DNA of 64,000 bases from Mobula hypostoma (lineage: Eukaryota): positions 228,410,001 to 228,474,000 of the forward strand of contig NC_086097.1 in NCBI RefSeq assembly GCF_963921235.1, given 5' to 3'. Both the position numbers and the translations under genes were made by a program. Shown here in pieces: positions 1 to 13,654 of this stretch (within the stretch, counting starts at the first letter, position 1; every line of letters starts with the position of its first letter). The notes below the pieces were generated by a model, which saw only the letters and a program-made list of their open reading frames with translations, searched no databases and was not told where the DNA came from.

Positions 1-246
1 TGAAACTGTTAGACTAGAACATTGTGCAAAACCAAAATTGTTTTAAAGAAGACTTCCACCATCCGAGAGGTATCTTATTGCACTTTCCCCTTAAGGCCAA
101 CAGGTATATCAGCATACTTCCTACAAAGATTTTAGTCATTTCTATATCTCCAATTATGGCTACTAATCCATCCCATCGTTAAATGTCAAGCTAACATGAC
201 AATTTTCTGCATCTCTGGATTATGTTCCAAAAGGGTTTAGCTAAAC

Positions 247-278
247 CCTCAATCCAGGTCTTTGCATGTTAATATGCA
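247..278 (-). CDS. Candidate internal exon of unidentified host gene B ((V)HINMQRPGLR)
   Basis: Strong acceptor (ttttgcttcatcttcgcttctgcttcag) and donor AGG|gtttag. Phase-compatible with the phase-1 exon at 14234-14366. Confidence 0.25.
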
Positions 279-334
279 CTGAAGCAGAAGCGAAGATGAA
301 GCAAAAATGTTTTAGACTACATTATAACACCATG

Positions 335-1150
335 AGCTAATGGAGCAGAATTAGGCCATCGAGTCTGCTCCACTATTTCATCATGGCTGATCCAATTTTC
401 CTCTCATCCCCAATCTCCTGTCTTCTCCCTGTAACCCCTTCATGTCATGGCTAAAAAAAAATCTTCATCTACGTTCTATTCTGAGGCCATCCCCTACGGT
501 CATAGATTCCCCCACCAGAGGAAACATCCTCCCCTCATCCACTCTATCAAGGTCTTTCACCATTCGATAGGTTTAATTGAAGTCACCTCTCATTCTTCTG
601 AATTCCAGTGAATACAGGCCCAGAGCCATCAAGCGCTCTTCATATGACAAGCTATTCAATCTTGGAATCATTTTCGTGAACTTCCTTTGAATCCTTTCCA
701 GTTTCAGCAAATCCTTCCTAACGGACCCAAAACTGCTCACAATTCTCCAAGTGAGGCCTCACCAGTGCTTTATAAAATCCCAATAGTACATCCTTGCTGT
801 TATATTCTCGTCCGCTTGAAATGAATGCAACCATTGCATTTGCATTCCTCACCACAGACTCGACCTGCAAATTAACCTTTAGAGAATCCTGCACAAGTCA
901 TTCTGTATTTTCTCTCCAGTTAGAAAATAGTTAACCTTTTCATTTCTTCTACCAAATTGCATGACCATACACTTTCCAACACTGTATTTCATCTGCCACT
1001 TCTTTGCTCATTCAGCTAGTCCTTCTGGTGCCTCTCTACTTTCTCAAAACTACCTACCACTGCCCCTCCCCACCTATCATCTACAAACTTTGCAACAAAG
1101 TCGTCAATTCTAATCACTGACACATAACCTAAAAAGAATCAGTCCCAACA
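335..1150 (-). mobile_element. CR1 LINE 3' fragment, decayed
   Basis: Reverse complement matches the ORF2 C-terminus and 3'UTR of the intact CR1 copies in this window (ggagcagaattaggcc end; gtgaggcctcaccagtgc). Confidence 0.85.
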
Positions 1151-3549
1151 GAGTTTTCCTCCCTGGTCAATGGAAATCGATAAGTCCAATAAGCATTGTA
1201 GAGATTTTAGTCCCAGAGGTCATTGTAGCTACCCAGATTTCATATTTGCCCAAGTCAAACAGTCATAAATAGTTCACTCTGTGGTGCAAACTTTATAATG
1301 AAAATTAGTTCTAAATTATTAGTGTCCTTATGAATTCAATTATATCTCAGAGAGACTTCGGCTACAATTTGTAAAACAAGGAAATAAGCCTATAACAAAA
1401 TTTTACTGTTGAAGACTAATTGAAAATGCTAAAATTTTGGGGTTTCACAGATAACATTACTTCCTAAATAGACAATGTTACATACACAGGCAAGCCTTCA
1501 ATTACTGCTGCGTATTCAGTCGCATTGTGGTACCATCACAAACAGAAAGAGAAAAAAACTAACCCTAACCCAAAACAATTTTCATGATTTCTAACAATAA
1601 AATATGACAGTGAAGCTGCCTCGACAGCCACTGCTCACTCTCACAATCACACTGATGTGATCCCTTGGTTCACTCAGAGGGTGGACTGTGCTGATGACCA
1701 CAGTTGTTCAGACATACTGCTACCAGAGGATCACTTACTCTTTAAAGTTCATAAAGGAAATAAATCTTGGAATAGTTTGATGATTTAACCCATGTTGCGT
1801 ATCTCAAGATAGAAACGCAAGTCCAGTTTGAAGGAATGATTTATGATGGATACAGAACAAAGAATGTTTTTAAAGGACTTGATATTTGTTAACAATGGCT
1901 AGAAGAAACTCAGTCAAATTAAAAGAATATTTCTTTATTCATCGCAAGAATAGCAGAACTGACCATCACATGAACAGGCACTTTTTTTTACTTTCACAAG
2001 TTTCATCTGCAGACTCATACTAAACCCCTGACTGGATTAATGCTGTAGCTGAAACAATAGCTAAGATCTTTCTAACTGTTGTACATTTAGATTCCATAGC
2101 TGTGGATAGTTTCTGGGTGGGTTGGCACTACATTAAATTAGGTTACAGATTTTTTTTTTGCAGTTTTATGGAGAATTCCCTTAGCTGTTAGAATTACTAC
2201 TCTTCTTGTTCAGATGTTGAAGTCTGCAAGGATGGAAGTTTGGTGGCTTCTGCTTTTTGTATAACGGCTCCACTCCTAACACTTTGTTAACTCACACACC
2301 CAATCAGCAGTACCATGTGTTATCTATCATATACTGTAACTGCTTTACTGTCCCCACCCCAGACTCACCTCTTTACCTAGTCCTCTGGTTCATCCTCACC
2401 CCTGGAAGAATGAAGAGCAGGGACTGCCCTGATCATGTTATTCTTGCTCCTTTCCCTTTCCTATTCTTGATCACTAACATTGCGTCCAGGTATGTATGTT
2501 TCTCACCTCATCTTGAGGGTGGTTGGGATTTATTTGTTGAGAGTAATGGGTTTAATAACACAATCTCACAAACAGAAAAGTGAGTCGACAAACATTATTT
2601 TTACTTAGCTGCTTGGAAGTCACATTTACTTTTTAACATGGGTAACTTTTGATAGACATGGTTAATATTTTACATAGTGTACATTGTAAATGTGTTGTTC
2701 ATTGCTAATGATGGCATTATACTACCATGATTTACACCTTTGAATTTAAGACCATCTCTTGCTCTATATTGTATGTTAAGTTATACAATGGTGGAACACT
2801 TACCAGGAGGAGAATGATAGCTACCCCTGAGGAATGCCATGCCCCTGATAACCTTTTTACCTATTCTGTTACGATTTCTTCAGAAACAGAGACATAATCC
2901 TAGAGCCTTCGGGGTGTACAAAGTGTTATATTGTCACAAGGTAGAACTGCTTGCACGTGTTTTACTTATTATTTGGGTATAGGCATATTTTACATATGTG
3001 GTACTCCTGTAACACAACAAGTAGGACCTATTAGTACTGCTAATCGTGTTATATTTGTTACCAGAACAAATTGTACATCTGGTTGATAAAATCCCAAGGT
3101 TTGACAGAACAGCCTGGATAGCCCTTGTTCAGTTAAAGCTTTCTGAGAAAACACAGCAGTTAGGGGGGAAATAATTGGGGGGGGGGGGTTAAGACTGAAA
3201 ATTATATACAGAGTTCAGAATTACCAATATAGTGAAATCAGCAGGGTTAGAAATCTTCAACTAAGCAAGCGGGGAATGTGATAGATATTTGCTTCTATCT
3301 CACGTTTGCTACGCTTGCTTTCCAAATAGCAGCTGCCGTTTGAAAGGTCACAAACAGTAGTCAGTAAACTTTCAACTATAGTGCTGTTTAACTTCTGCTT
3401 ATAAATGGAAGTCAGTCTTCTGTTCTTAAAATGTAAATCGAAAGCAGCTTGAAGTTAAACAGGTACTCTTTATAGAACAGCTCTGTATTTTGAAGACACT
3501 GTCTGTAAAGAATCACTGCACCTGCTTTATTATTGCTCAAGAGTAGAGT

Positions 3550-3635
3550 AGGTCTCAGCCCGAAATGTCGACTGTACCTCTTCCTATAGATGCTGCCTGG
3601 CCTGCTGCTTTCACCAGCAGTTTTTGTGTGTGTTA
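3550..3635 (+). mobile_element. Short Penelope terminal-repeat derivative with 3' half of hammerhead motif
   Basis: ggtctcagcccgaaatgtcgactg...gatgctgcctggcctgctg, shared with the ends of the Penelope-like copies. Confidence 0.75.
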
Positions 3636-3789
3636 CAAGACAATGGGTTGTTTAACTTGGATTGTTTCAAATAGACAAGCTGACTCTTAAGTAGCTTGCA
3701 GAACTAGAAGGAAAACACCATTTATTATATCAATAACTAATCTGTTTATAGTTGGAATAGTTTATGCACTTCATAAGCCTTATTTGCTG

Positions 3790-6085
3790 CCGCTGGGCAC
3801 CCAGTCTCCCTTTCCCCCAGCACCATGTCTGTCAGGTCCCACTATCACTTCTTGTGTTCTTGAAGTCTTCATCTTCCTCCCAGCCTACCTTCTCGGAGCA
3901 CCCCAACCCTCCTTCACACCCCCATCTCTGATTCCACCTCTAATCCTCTCCTCATCCTCACCATTCCCCCTGACTTTCTCTTCTCTGAAGCATAATGTTC
4001 TGTCCCTAGAAAGAGCCTCACCTTTGTCCCCTTTCAGTGCCATGACATCAAGTTCTTCATCCTTCGCCTCTGTCTCTGATCCCACCTCTTTGGCAAGAAT
4101 TCCACACCCTGCTTGGATGAGGAATCTTCAACTATCTTCAACCCTCCTCCACTTTTGAATGCCCCACTCCGGTTCTCTGTCTGCTCTGGATCTTTTCATC
4201 TCAAATTGCCAATGAAATACCAAGCATCCTGACTTCAACACTCCTCCTTCCTCCTCGAACCTTACCCTCTCTGAACGCCCTGCCCTCCACTCTCTCTGCA
4301 CCAATCCCAACCTTACTTTCAGAACTGCAGACTCAGGGGGTGCTGTTGCAATATGGCGCACTGATTTGCTGAGGCCAGGTGGCGACTCTCAGGCACCTCC
4401 TCGTACCTTCCTCTTGAAGACGATCACACTCTGGACTATCAAAAAAATTGTCCCCCACTCAGGACCATCAGAAAGTTCACAATCCATAGTTCCCTTACCC
4501 CACACTGCTTGTTTACTTTCTACCCATGATCTACAAACCAGAATGTCCGGGTAGGCCCACAGTCTCTGCCTGCTCCTGACCGACTGAACTTGCGTTCTCA
4601 CACTTCAATTCCATTCTATACCTCTGGTTCAATCCCTTCCCATCTACGTCTGCAACACTTCTCATGTCCTTGATCACCTCAGTAACTTTCAACTCCCTAG
4701 CCCTGACTACCAGATCTTGACCATGGATGTTCAGTCCCTGTACATATCTATTCTCCCATCAAGGCCTCAAAGGTCTCTACTTCTTTCTTGATAAAAGAAC
4801 CAATGAATTCCCCTCTACTACCACCCCATCCTTCTGAAAGAACTGTTCCTCACCTTCAACAGTTTTTCCTTTGATTGCTCCCACTTTCTCCAAACTCAAG
4901 GGGTAGCCATGGGCACTTTCATGGGCCCCAGCTTTGCCTGCCTCTTCGTTGGCTACCTGGAACAGTCCATTTTCGAAGCCTCCTTTAATACTCCCCCAAT
5001 CTTTCCTCTGCTACATCAATGATTGCATTGATGCTGCTTCAAGCACCCATGCTGAGCTCATCAATTCTATTGCCTTTGCCTCCAACTTCCACCCTGCCCT
5101 AAATTCACCTGGTCCATCTTCGACACATCCCTCCCCTTTCTCGATCTCTGTCTTCATCTCTGGAGACAAACTGTTAACCGACGTCTTTTATAAAGCTACC
5201 AATTCCCAGAGCTACCTTGACTACACCTCTTCCCACACTATCTTCCGTAAAAATGCTATTCCTTTTTCTCTGTTGCTTTCTCTCTGTCACATCTGTTCCC
5301 AGGATGAGGCTTTCCTTTTCAGCGCATCTGAGATGTCCTCCTTCTTCAAAGAACGGGGTTTCCCATTCTCCACCACTGATGCTGCCCTCACCGGCATCTC
5401 CTCTATTTCCTAAGCATCTGTGCTCACCTATTTTTCCCGCTGCCTTAGAGTTCTTGTCCTTACCTACCACCCCATCAGCCTCCGCTTCCAACAAATCATC
5501 CTCCCAACTTCCACCATCTTCAAAGGGATCCCACCACAAAACATATCTACACCTTTCCCAACCCCCCCATCGCTCTCTGCTTTCAGCAGGAATCATGTCC
5601 TCTTGTGCCATGATAAGGCCACAGTCGGGGTGAGGGAGCAATATCTTACATTCATCTGGGTAGCCTCCAATCTGATGGCATTAATATTGATTTCTCCTTC
5701 CGGTAAAACAAAATCCACCCCCACTTCCTCCATTTCCCTCTCGGACCTTTTGCCTCTTCTCACCTGCTTATTACTTTCGCCTGTGTCCTCTCCTCTTTCC
5801 CTTTCTCCTGTGATCCACTCTCTCTCCTATCAGATTCCTTCTTCTCCAGCCCTTGACCTTTCCCATCCACCTGGCTTCACCCATCACCCTCCAGCTAGCC
5901 TCCTTCCCCTTCCTCCACCTTTTCACTTGGGCGTCTTCCTCCTTCTTTCTCAATCCCGAAGAAGGGTCTCAGCCCCAATCATCAACTCTTGAATCATTTC
6001 CGTGGATGCTGCCTGACCTGCTGAGTTCTTCCAGCATTTTGTGCGCATTGCTTTGGAATTCGAGCATTTGCAGATTTTCGCGTGT
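3790..6085 (+). mobile_element. Penelope-like retroelement, decayed, with endonuclease region deleted
   Basis: RT motifs ADSGGAV (~4327), TMDVQSLY (~4720), QGVAMGTFMGPSFACLFVGYLE (~4895), YINDCI (~5012) and YKATNSQSYLDY. Pyrimidine-rich terminal repeat 5620-6085. Confidence 0.85.
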
Positions 6086-6789
6086 TTTGGTACTCAGAAG
6101 TTAACTTTACAGCAGTAACGGTAGCTAGGGGGAGATCCTGGTCTACGAAAATGCTTTTAAACCTTTTGCGTTAAAAGGGTAGCTGAATAAATATCACATG
6201 CTTGTGAAGTCACCCATATGGCTGGAAAGGGTATGAATATAGAGAACAGTTCAATCTTATTAGGAATGGTGTAAAGAACATCAACAAGCAAGAGGTCAAA
6301 CCCATTCCTCCAGCTTTGGTTTCTGCGACAGACAGCTTGTTTATCTGCATCTTTAGTACATCATTTAGTTTGTAGCAATTGTAGCTGTGTTCTGGAAATC
6401 CTTAATTCCTTATGTTTGAAAACTGCTTTCTGCTTTAGAACTGGTTTGTAACTGGGAAATTTTTAAGATAGAAATCCTTCGAGTTTTAAATGTGATTTAA
6501 GAGTGTTTCGTGGTATTAAATATGCCCTGTAAATAAATGAACTGTGTGTTATCTGGAAGTACCTTCTCCTTGGTAGGAAGAGTTGACCCACTGCTCGAAT
6601 AGTGAGTATTTGCTAAACTCGCCATGGAGAATAAACAGGGAAGTGAACTAGTCTTTCAAGATTGAGCTGTTACAGTATAATTTCCCTTTAGTGAGAGTAC
6701 TTGTGGTTATTTATAATTAGATAGGCCTTAAAATCTTTGAACATAGAACTCTGTGGTCAGCAACCCCAAAACCATTACAAGTTTTAAGG

Positions 6790-6874
6790 AGGGACTGGAC
6801 GGGCTCTGAGTGTTGTCCCTGAAGCAGTGGAGGCTGAGAAGTGACCTTATAAAATCATGAGGGGCAGGGATAAG
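6790..6874 (+). mobile_element. Old CR1 3' fragment, left part, split by a younger CR1
   Basis: ggaggctgagaagtgaccttataaaatcatgagggg; continues at 10321-10680. Confidence 0.6.
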
Positions 6875-9800
6875 GTAGGAAAAGGGATGAGGTCCTGAAA
6901 GGAGAATATAGGGAGCTAGGAAGGGAGTTGAGAAAAAGGACCGCAAAGGTAGTAATCTCGGGATTATTGCCTGTGCCACGCGACAGTGAGAGTAGGAATG
7001 CGATGAGGTGGAGGATAAATGCGTGGCTGAGGGATTGGAGCAGGGGGCAGGGATTCAAGTTTTTGGATCATTGGGACCTCTTTTGGCGCAGGCGTGACCT
7101 GTACAAAAAGGACGGGTTACACTTGAATCCCAGGGGGACCAATATCCTGGCAGGGAGATTAGCGGGGGCTACTGAGGCGACTAGAATGGTTGGGGGGTGG
7201 GAATCAAATTAAAGAGGCTAGGCGTGAGGAGGTTAGTTCACAACAGAGGGATGGGAACCAGTGCAGAGAGACAGAGGGGTGTAAAGTGAGGGTAGAAGCA
7301 AAAAGTACAAAGGAGAAAAGTAAAAGTGGCAGGCCGACAAATCCAGGGCAAGCATTAAAAAGGACCACTTTTCAACATAATTGTATAAGGGCTAAGAGAG
7401 TTGTAAAAGAGCGCCTGAAGGCTTTATGTGTCAATGCAAGGAGCATTCGTAATAAGGTGGATGAATTGAAAGTGCAGATTGTTATTAATGATTATGATAT
7501 AGTTGGGATCACAGAGACATGGCTCCAGGGTGACCAGGGATGGGAGCTCAACTTTCAGGGATATTCAATATTCAGGAGGGATAGACATGAAGGAAGGGGA
7601 AGTGGGGTGGCGTTGCTGGTTAAAGAAGAGATTGACGCAATAGAAAGGAAGGACATAAGCCGGGAAGATGTGGAATTGATATGGGTAGAGCTGCGTAACA
7701 CCAAGGGGCAGAAGACGCTGGTGGGAGTTGTGTACAGGCCACCTAACAGTAGTAGTGAGGTCGGAGATGGTATTAAACAGGAAATTAGAAATGTGTGCAA
7801 TAAAGGAACAGCAGTTATAATGGGTGACTTCAATCTACATGTAGACTGGGTGAACCAAATTGGTAAAGGTGCTGAGGAAGAGGATTTCTTGGAATGTATG
7901 CGGGATGGTTTTTTGAACCAACATGTCGAGGAACCAACTAGAGAGCAGGCTATTCTGGACTGGGTTTTGAGCAATGAGGAAGGGTTAATTAGCGATCTTG
8001 TCGTGAGAGGCCCCTTGGGTAAGAGTGACCATAATATGGTGGAATTCTTCATTAAGATGGAGAGTGACATAGTTAGTTCAGAAACAAAGGTTCTGAACTT
8101 AAAGAGGGGTAACTTTGAAGGTATGAGATGTGAATTAGCTAAGATAGACTGGCAAATGACACTTAAAGGATTGACGGTGGATATGCAATGGCAAGCATTT
8201 AAAGGTTGCATGGATGAACTACAACAATTGTTCATCCCAGTTTGGCAAAAGAATAAATCAAGGAAGGTAGTGCACCCGTGGCTGACAAGAGAAATTAGGG
8301 ATAGTATCAATTCCAAAGAAGTAGCATACAAATTAGCCAGAGAAAGTGGCTCACCTGAGGACTGGGAGAAATTCAGAGTTCAGCAGAGGAGGACAAAGGG
8401 CTTAATTAGGAAGGGGAAAAAAGATTATGAGAGAAAACTGGCGGGGAACATAAAAACGGACTTTAAAAGCTTTTATAGATATGTAAAAAGGAAAAGACTG
8501 GTAAAGACAAATGTAGGTCCCCTGCAGACAGAAACAGGTGAATTGATTATGGGGAGCAAGGACATGGCAGACCAATTGAATAATTACTTTGGTTCTGTCT
8601 TCACTAAGGAGGACATAAATAATCTTCCAGAAATAGTAAGGGACAGAGGGTCCAGTGAGATGGAGGAACTGAATGAAATACATGTTAGTAGGGAAGTGGT
8701 GTTAGGTAAATTGAAGGGATTGAAGGCAGATAAATCCCCAGGGCCAGATGGTCTGCATCCTAGAGTGCTTAAGGAAGTAGCCCAAGAAATAGTGGATGCA
8801 TTAGTGATAATTTTTCAAAACTCGTTAGATTCTGGACTAGTTCCTGAGGATTGGAGGGTGGCTAATGTAACCCCACTTTTTAAAAAAGGAGGGAGAGAGA
8901 AACCAGGGAATTATAGACCGGTTAGCCTAACGTCGGTGGTGGGGAAACTGCTGGAGTCAGTTATCAAGGATGTGATAACAGCACATTTGGAAAGCGGTGA
9001 AATGATCGGACAAAGTCAGCATGGATTTGTGAAAGGAAAATCATGTCTGACGAATCTCATAGAATTTTTTGAGGATGTAACTAGTAGAGTGGATAGGGGA
9101 GAACCAGTGGATGTGGTATATTTGGATTTTCAAAAGGCTTTTGACAAGGTCCCACACAGGAGATTAGTGTGCAAACTTAAAGCACACGGTATTGGGGGTA
9201 AGGTATTGGTGTGGGTGGAGAATTGGTTAGCAGACGGGAAGCAAAGAGTGGGAATAAACGGGACCTTTTCAGAATGGCAGGCGGTGACTAATGGGGTACC
9301 GCAAGGCTCAGTGCTGGGACCCCAGTTGTTTACAATATATATTAATGACTTGGATGAGGGAATTAAATGCAGCATCTCCAAGTTTGCGGATGACACGAAG
9401 CTGGGTGGCAGTGTTAGCAGTGAGGAGGATGCTAAGAGGATGCAGGGTGACTTGGATAGGTTGGGTGAGTGGGCAAACTCATGGCAGATGCAATTTAATG
9501 TGGATAAATGTGAAGTTATCCACTTTGGTGGCAAAAATAGGAAAACAGATTATTATCTGAATGGTGGCCGATTAGGAAAAGGGGAGGTGCAACGAGACCT
9601 GGGTGTCATTATACACCAGTCATTGAAAGTGGGCATGCAGGTACAGCAGGCGGTGAAATAGGCGAATGGTATACTGGCATTTATAGCAAGAGGATTCGAG
9701 TACAGGAGCAGGGAGGTACTACTGCAGCTGTACAAGGCCTTGGTGAGACCACACCTGGAGTATTGTGTGCAGTTTTGGTCCCCTAATCTGAGGAAAGACA

Positions 9801-10320
9801 TCTTTGCCATAGAGGGAGTACAAAGAAGGTTCACCAGATTGATTCCTGGGATGGCAGGACTTTCATATGAAGAAAGACTGGATGAACTGGGCTTGTACTC
9901 GTTGGAATTTAGAAGATTGAGGGGGGATCTGATTGAAACGTATAAGATCCTAAAGGGATTGGACAGGCTGGATGCAGGAAGATTGTTCCCGATGTTGGGG
10001 AAGTCCAGAACGAGGGGTCACAGTTTGAGGATAGAGGGGAAGCCTTTTAGGACCGAGATTAGGAAAAACTTCTTCACACAGAGAGTGGTGAATCTGTGGA
10101 ATTCTCTGCCACAGCAAACTGTTGAGGCCAGTTCATTGGCTATGTTTAAGAGGGAGTTAGATATGGCCCTTGTGGCTACGGGGGTCAGGGGGTATGGAGG
10201 GAAGGCTGGGGCGGGGTTCTGAGTTGGATGATCAGCCATGATCATAATAAATGGCGGTGCAGGCTCGAAGGGCCGAATGGCCTACTGCTGCACCTATTTT
10301 CTATGTTTCTATGTTTCTAT
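6875..10320 (+). mobile_element. Young CR1 LINE, 5'-truncated inside ORF1
   Basis: ORF1 esterase C-terminus (VVISGLLPVP...KDGLHLN), complete ORF2, (TTCTATGT)n tail, flanking GATAAG duplication at 6869-6874 and 10321-10326. Confidence 0.97.
7190..10222 (+). pseudogene. CR1 ORF2 (APE endonuclease + reverse transcriptase) with one premature stop
   Basis: Motifs NARSIRNK, ITETW, GDFN, SDH, YLDFQKAFDKV, GVPQGSVLGP, FADD. ORFs 7190-9661 and 9740-10222 are in the same frame, separated only by TAG at 9659-9661. Confidence 0.95.
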
Positions 10321-10680
10321 GATAAGATGGATTAACGTCTTATCTAAGATGGACTCCTTCACAAGTAGAAGTCTTAACTGGAGGGCACAGCTTTACATTG
10401 AGGGGAGAGATTTAAAGGGGACATGAGAGGCAAGCCGCCCCCCCCCCCAACAGAGAAAATGATAGAACGATATATGGAACAAGCTGCTATGCTGGAGACA
10501 AGAATAATTACATCAACATTTCTATTGTTTAAAAGACATTTTGACAGGAACATGGATAACAGATGTTCCAAGAGATATGTGCCAAAATCAGAGTATTATG
10601 AGACCAGCTAGGAAAATATTTTAGTCCATATGAATGACATAGGTCAAAGGTCCTGTTTCCATGCTCTATGACTATCAGTA
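10321..10680 (+). mobile_element. Old CR1 3' fragment, right part
   Basis: Degenerate ORF2 end (agggcacagcttta...gagagatttaaaggggac) and 3'UTR (cctgtttccatgctctatgactat). Confidence 0.65.
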
Positions 10681-10774
10681 AAAGTCATCATGCAGTATTA
10701 ACAAATGTTTGAGGATGTATAACACTATCTATGTAATTCAAACCATAAGCAAAAGATCACAGGCCCACATTGCC

Positions 10775-12590
10775 TATAAGACCACAGAACACAGGAGCAG
10801 AATTAGGCCATTTGGCCCATCGAGATGGCCCATTCAATCATGGCTGATTCTGTTTTTTCTCCCCACGACCCGGCCTTCTCCCTGTAACATTTGACGCCAT
10901 GGCCAATCAAGTACCTATCTCTGCCTTAAATACACCCATCAACCTGACCTCCATAGCTGCCTGTGGTAACAAATTCCACAAATTCACTAACCTCTGGCTA
11001 TAGAAATTTCTCCAGGTCTGTTTTAAATGGACACCCCTCCAACCTGAGGCTGTGACCTCTTATCCTACACTCCCCCACCATGGCAAGCATCCTTTCCACA
11101 TCTACTCTGTCTACACCTTTCAACATTCAGAAGATTCAATGAGATCCCCTCTCATTTTTCTAAATTCCAGTGAGTAAGGACCCAAAGCCATCAAACATTT
11201 CTCATGTGATAACACTTTTATTCCCACAATCATCCTTGAGAACCTCCTCTGAAACCTCTCCAATTCCAGCACAACTTTTCTTAGATCAGGAACCCAAAAC
11301 TGTTCACAATACTCAAGATGAGGCCCCACCAGTGCCCCATAAAACATCAGCATCAAATCCCTGTTCATGTATTGTAGACCTCTTGAAATGAATGCTAACA
11401 TTGCATTTGTCTTCCTCGCCACTGACTCAACCTACAAGTAAGTCTTTAGGATATTCTGCACAAGGACTCCCAAGTCCCTTTGCATCTCAGATTTTTGGAT
11501 TTTCTACCCATTTAGAAAATAATTGGCACATTTATTTCTACTACCAAGTACATGACCATGCATTGTCCAGCATTGCATGGACAAATTTGCCACTTTCTTT
11601 CCCATTCTCCCAATCTGCCCATGTCCTTCTGCAGCCTTCCTATTTCCACACACTACATGCCCTTCCACCAATATTTGCATCATCTGCAAACTTAGCAACA
11701 AAGCCATCTATTCTATTATCTAAATCACAGATATACAACATAAAACAATCAGTCCCAACACCGACCCTTGAAGAGCACCAGCCACAGGAAAAGGATCATT
11801 TCATTCCCACGTGCTGCCTCCTACCAATCAGCCAATGCTCGAGCCATGCTAGTAACTTTCCTGTAATACCATGGGCTCTTAACTTGGTAAGCAGCCTCAT
11901 GTGTAGAACCTTGTCAAAGGCTTTCTGAAAATCCAAACATGCAACATTCGCTGCATCCGCTTTATCTATCCACTTGTAACCTTCTCAAAGATTTCCAACA
12001 GGTTTGTCAGGCAGGATTTTCCCTCAAGGAGACCATGTTGACTTTGTCCTATCTTGTCCTGTGTCACCAAGTACTCCATTACCTCATCCTTACCAATTGA
12101 CTCCAACAACTTCCCAACCACTGAGGTCAGACTAACTGATCTATAATTTCCTTTCTGCTGCCTCCCTCCATTCTTAAAGAGTGGAGTGACATTTTCAATC
12201 TTCCAGTCTTTTGGAACCATGCCAGAGTCCAACAATTCTTCAAAGATCATTACTAATGCCTCCCCAATCTCTACTGCTACCTCTTTCAGAACCCTAGGGT
12301 GCAGTTCACATGGTCCAGCAGTTATATACAGGTCTCCAGCTACTGTTTGGAGACCTGTATATAACTGGCATCAGTGTCCTTTACCTCTGCAGTTTCTTAA
12401 CTCAACCCACTAAGGATTCAACGTTTTCCGATCCTATGTCACATCTTCCTAATGATTTGATGCCATTCTTTACCAGAAGAACCATGTCATCCCCTCTGCC
12501 TATCTATCTGCTACAATTCGTCCTATCCTGAGTCCCTTCACTCTGGTTGCCATCCCCCTCCAAATTAGTTTAAACCCTCCCAGACAGCTT
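10775..12590 (-). mobile_element. CR1 LINE, decayed, with internal deletions
   Basis: Minus-strand ORFs 11120-11422 (PHLEYCEQFW) and 11966-12250 (VTPLFK...SCLTNL). Confidence 0.9.
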
Positions 12591-13620
12591 TCACTCTTCC
12601 AAATTCCAGAGAATACAGGCCCAGACCCATCAAACACTCACGTGAGAAGCCTTTCATTCCAGGAATTATTTTTGTGAACCTTCTCTAATGCCATCATATC
12701 CTTCTGTAGATAAGGGGCCCAAAGCTGCTCAAGTGAGGCCTCACCAGTGCCTCATAAAGCCTCAGCATTATTCTATTCTAGTTTTCCCAAAATGAATGCT
12801 AACATTGCATTTGCCTTTCTCACCATTGACTCACCCTGCAGATCAACCTTTAGAGAATCCTGCACCAGGTCTCCCAAATGCCTTTGCAGTTCAGATATTT
12901 GAACTTTCTCTCCATTATAAACCAGACTCGGTTTTTATTCCTTCTACCAAAGTGCACAACCATGCACTTCCTGACACTGCATTCCATCTTCCCCTTCTCT
13001 GTCCATTCTCCTAATCTGTCAAAGTCATTCTGCAGCCTCCCTGTTTACCCAAATCATCTTGTCCCTACACCTATCTTCGTATAATCTGCAAACACGGCCA
13101 CAAAATCAGCAATTGTCATTCAAATAATTGGCATATCACACAAAAAGAATCGGTCCCAACACAGATCCGTGTGGAAAATCACTAGTCACCCGCAGCCAAT
13201 CAGAAAAGGCCCTCTTTATTACCACTCTATGCCCATCCACTCTAGTACCTTTCCTGTAAGATCATGGGTTCTTATCTTGTTAACCAGCCTTGTGTGTGCC
13301 ACTTTGTCAAAGACCTTCGGAAAATCCAAGTTAACAACATGTACCGTTGTCTATCCTGCCTGTTATTTCCTCAAAGAATTTCAACAGATTTGTCAAGCAA
13401 GATTTTCCCTATTGGAAACCATGCTGATTTTGGCTTATCTTACCATGTGCCTCCAAATACCCTGAAACCTCATCCTTAACAATCAACTACACCATTCTCT
13501 CAACTACCGAGGTGAAGCTAACTGGTCTATAATTTCCTTTCTTCTGTCTCCCTCTTGAAGAGTGGAGTGACACTGGCATTTTTAAAGATCAAGTGCTACT
13601 GGAACCATAGCAGTGGACTC
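12590..13620 (-). mobile_element. CR1 LINE fragment, decayed
   Basis: Second pass through the same ORF2 C-terminal/RT sequence as 11140-12220. Confidence 0.85.
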
Positions 13621-13654
13621 CACTCTGTACAAATTCAATTCATTTCTGAAAATT

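Noticed and set aside
1559..1571. Telomere-like ctaaccctaaccc
   Set aside because: Only two units; expected by chance.
7555..8331. Long antisense ORFs over CR1/Rex1 (e.g. 7555-8331, 44575-45270, 9130-9534)
   Set aside because: Shadow frames of young LINE ORFs with no independent motifs.
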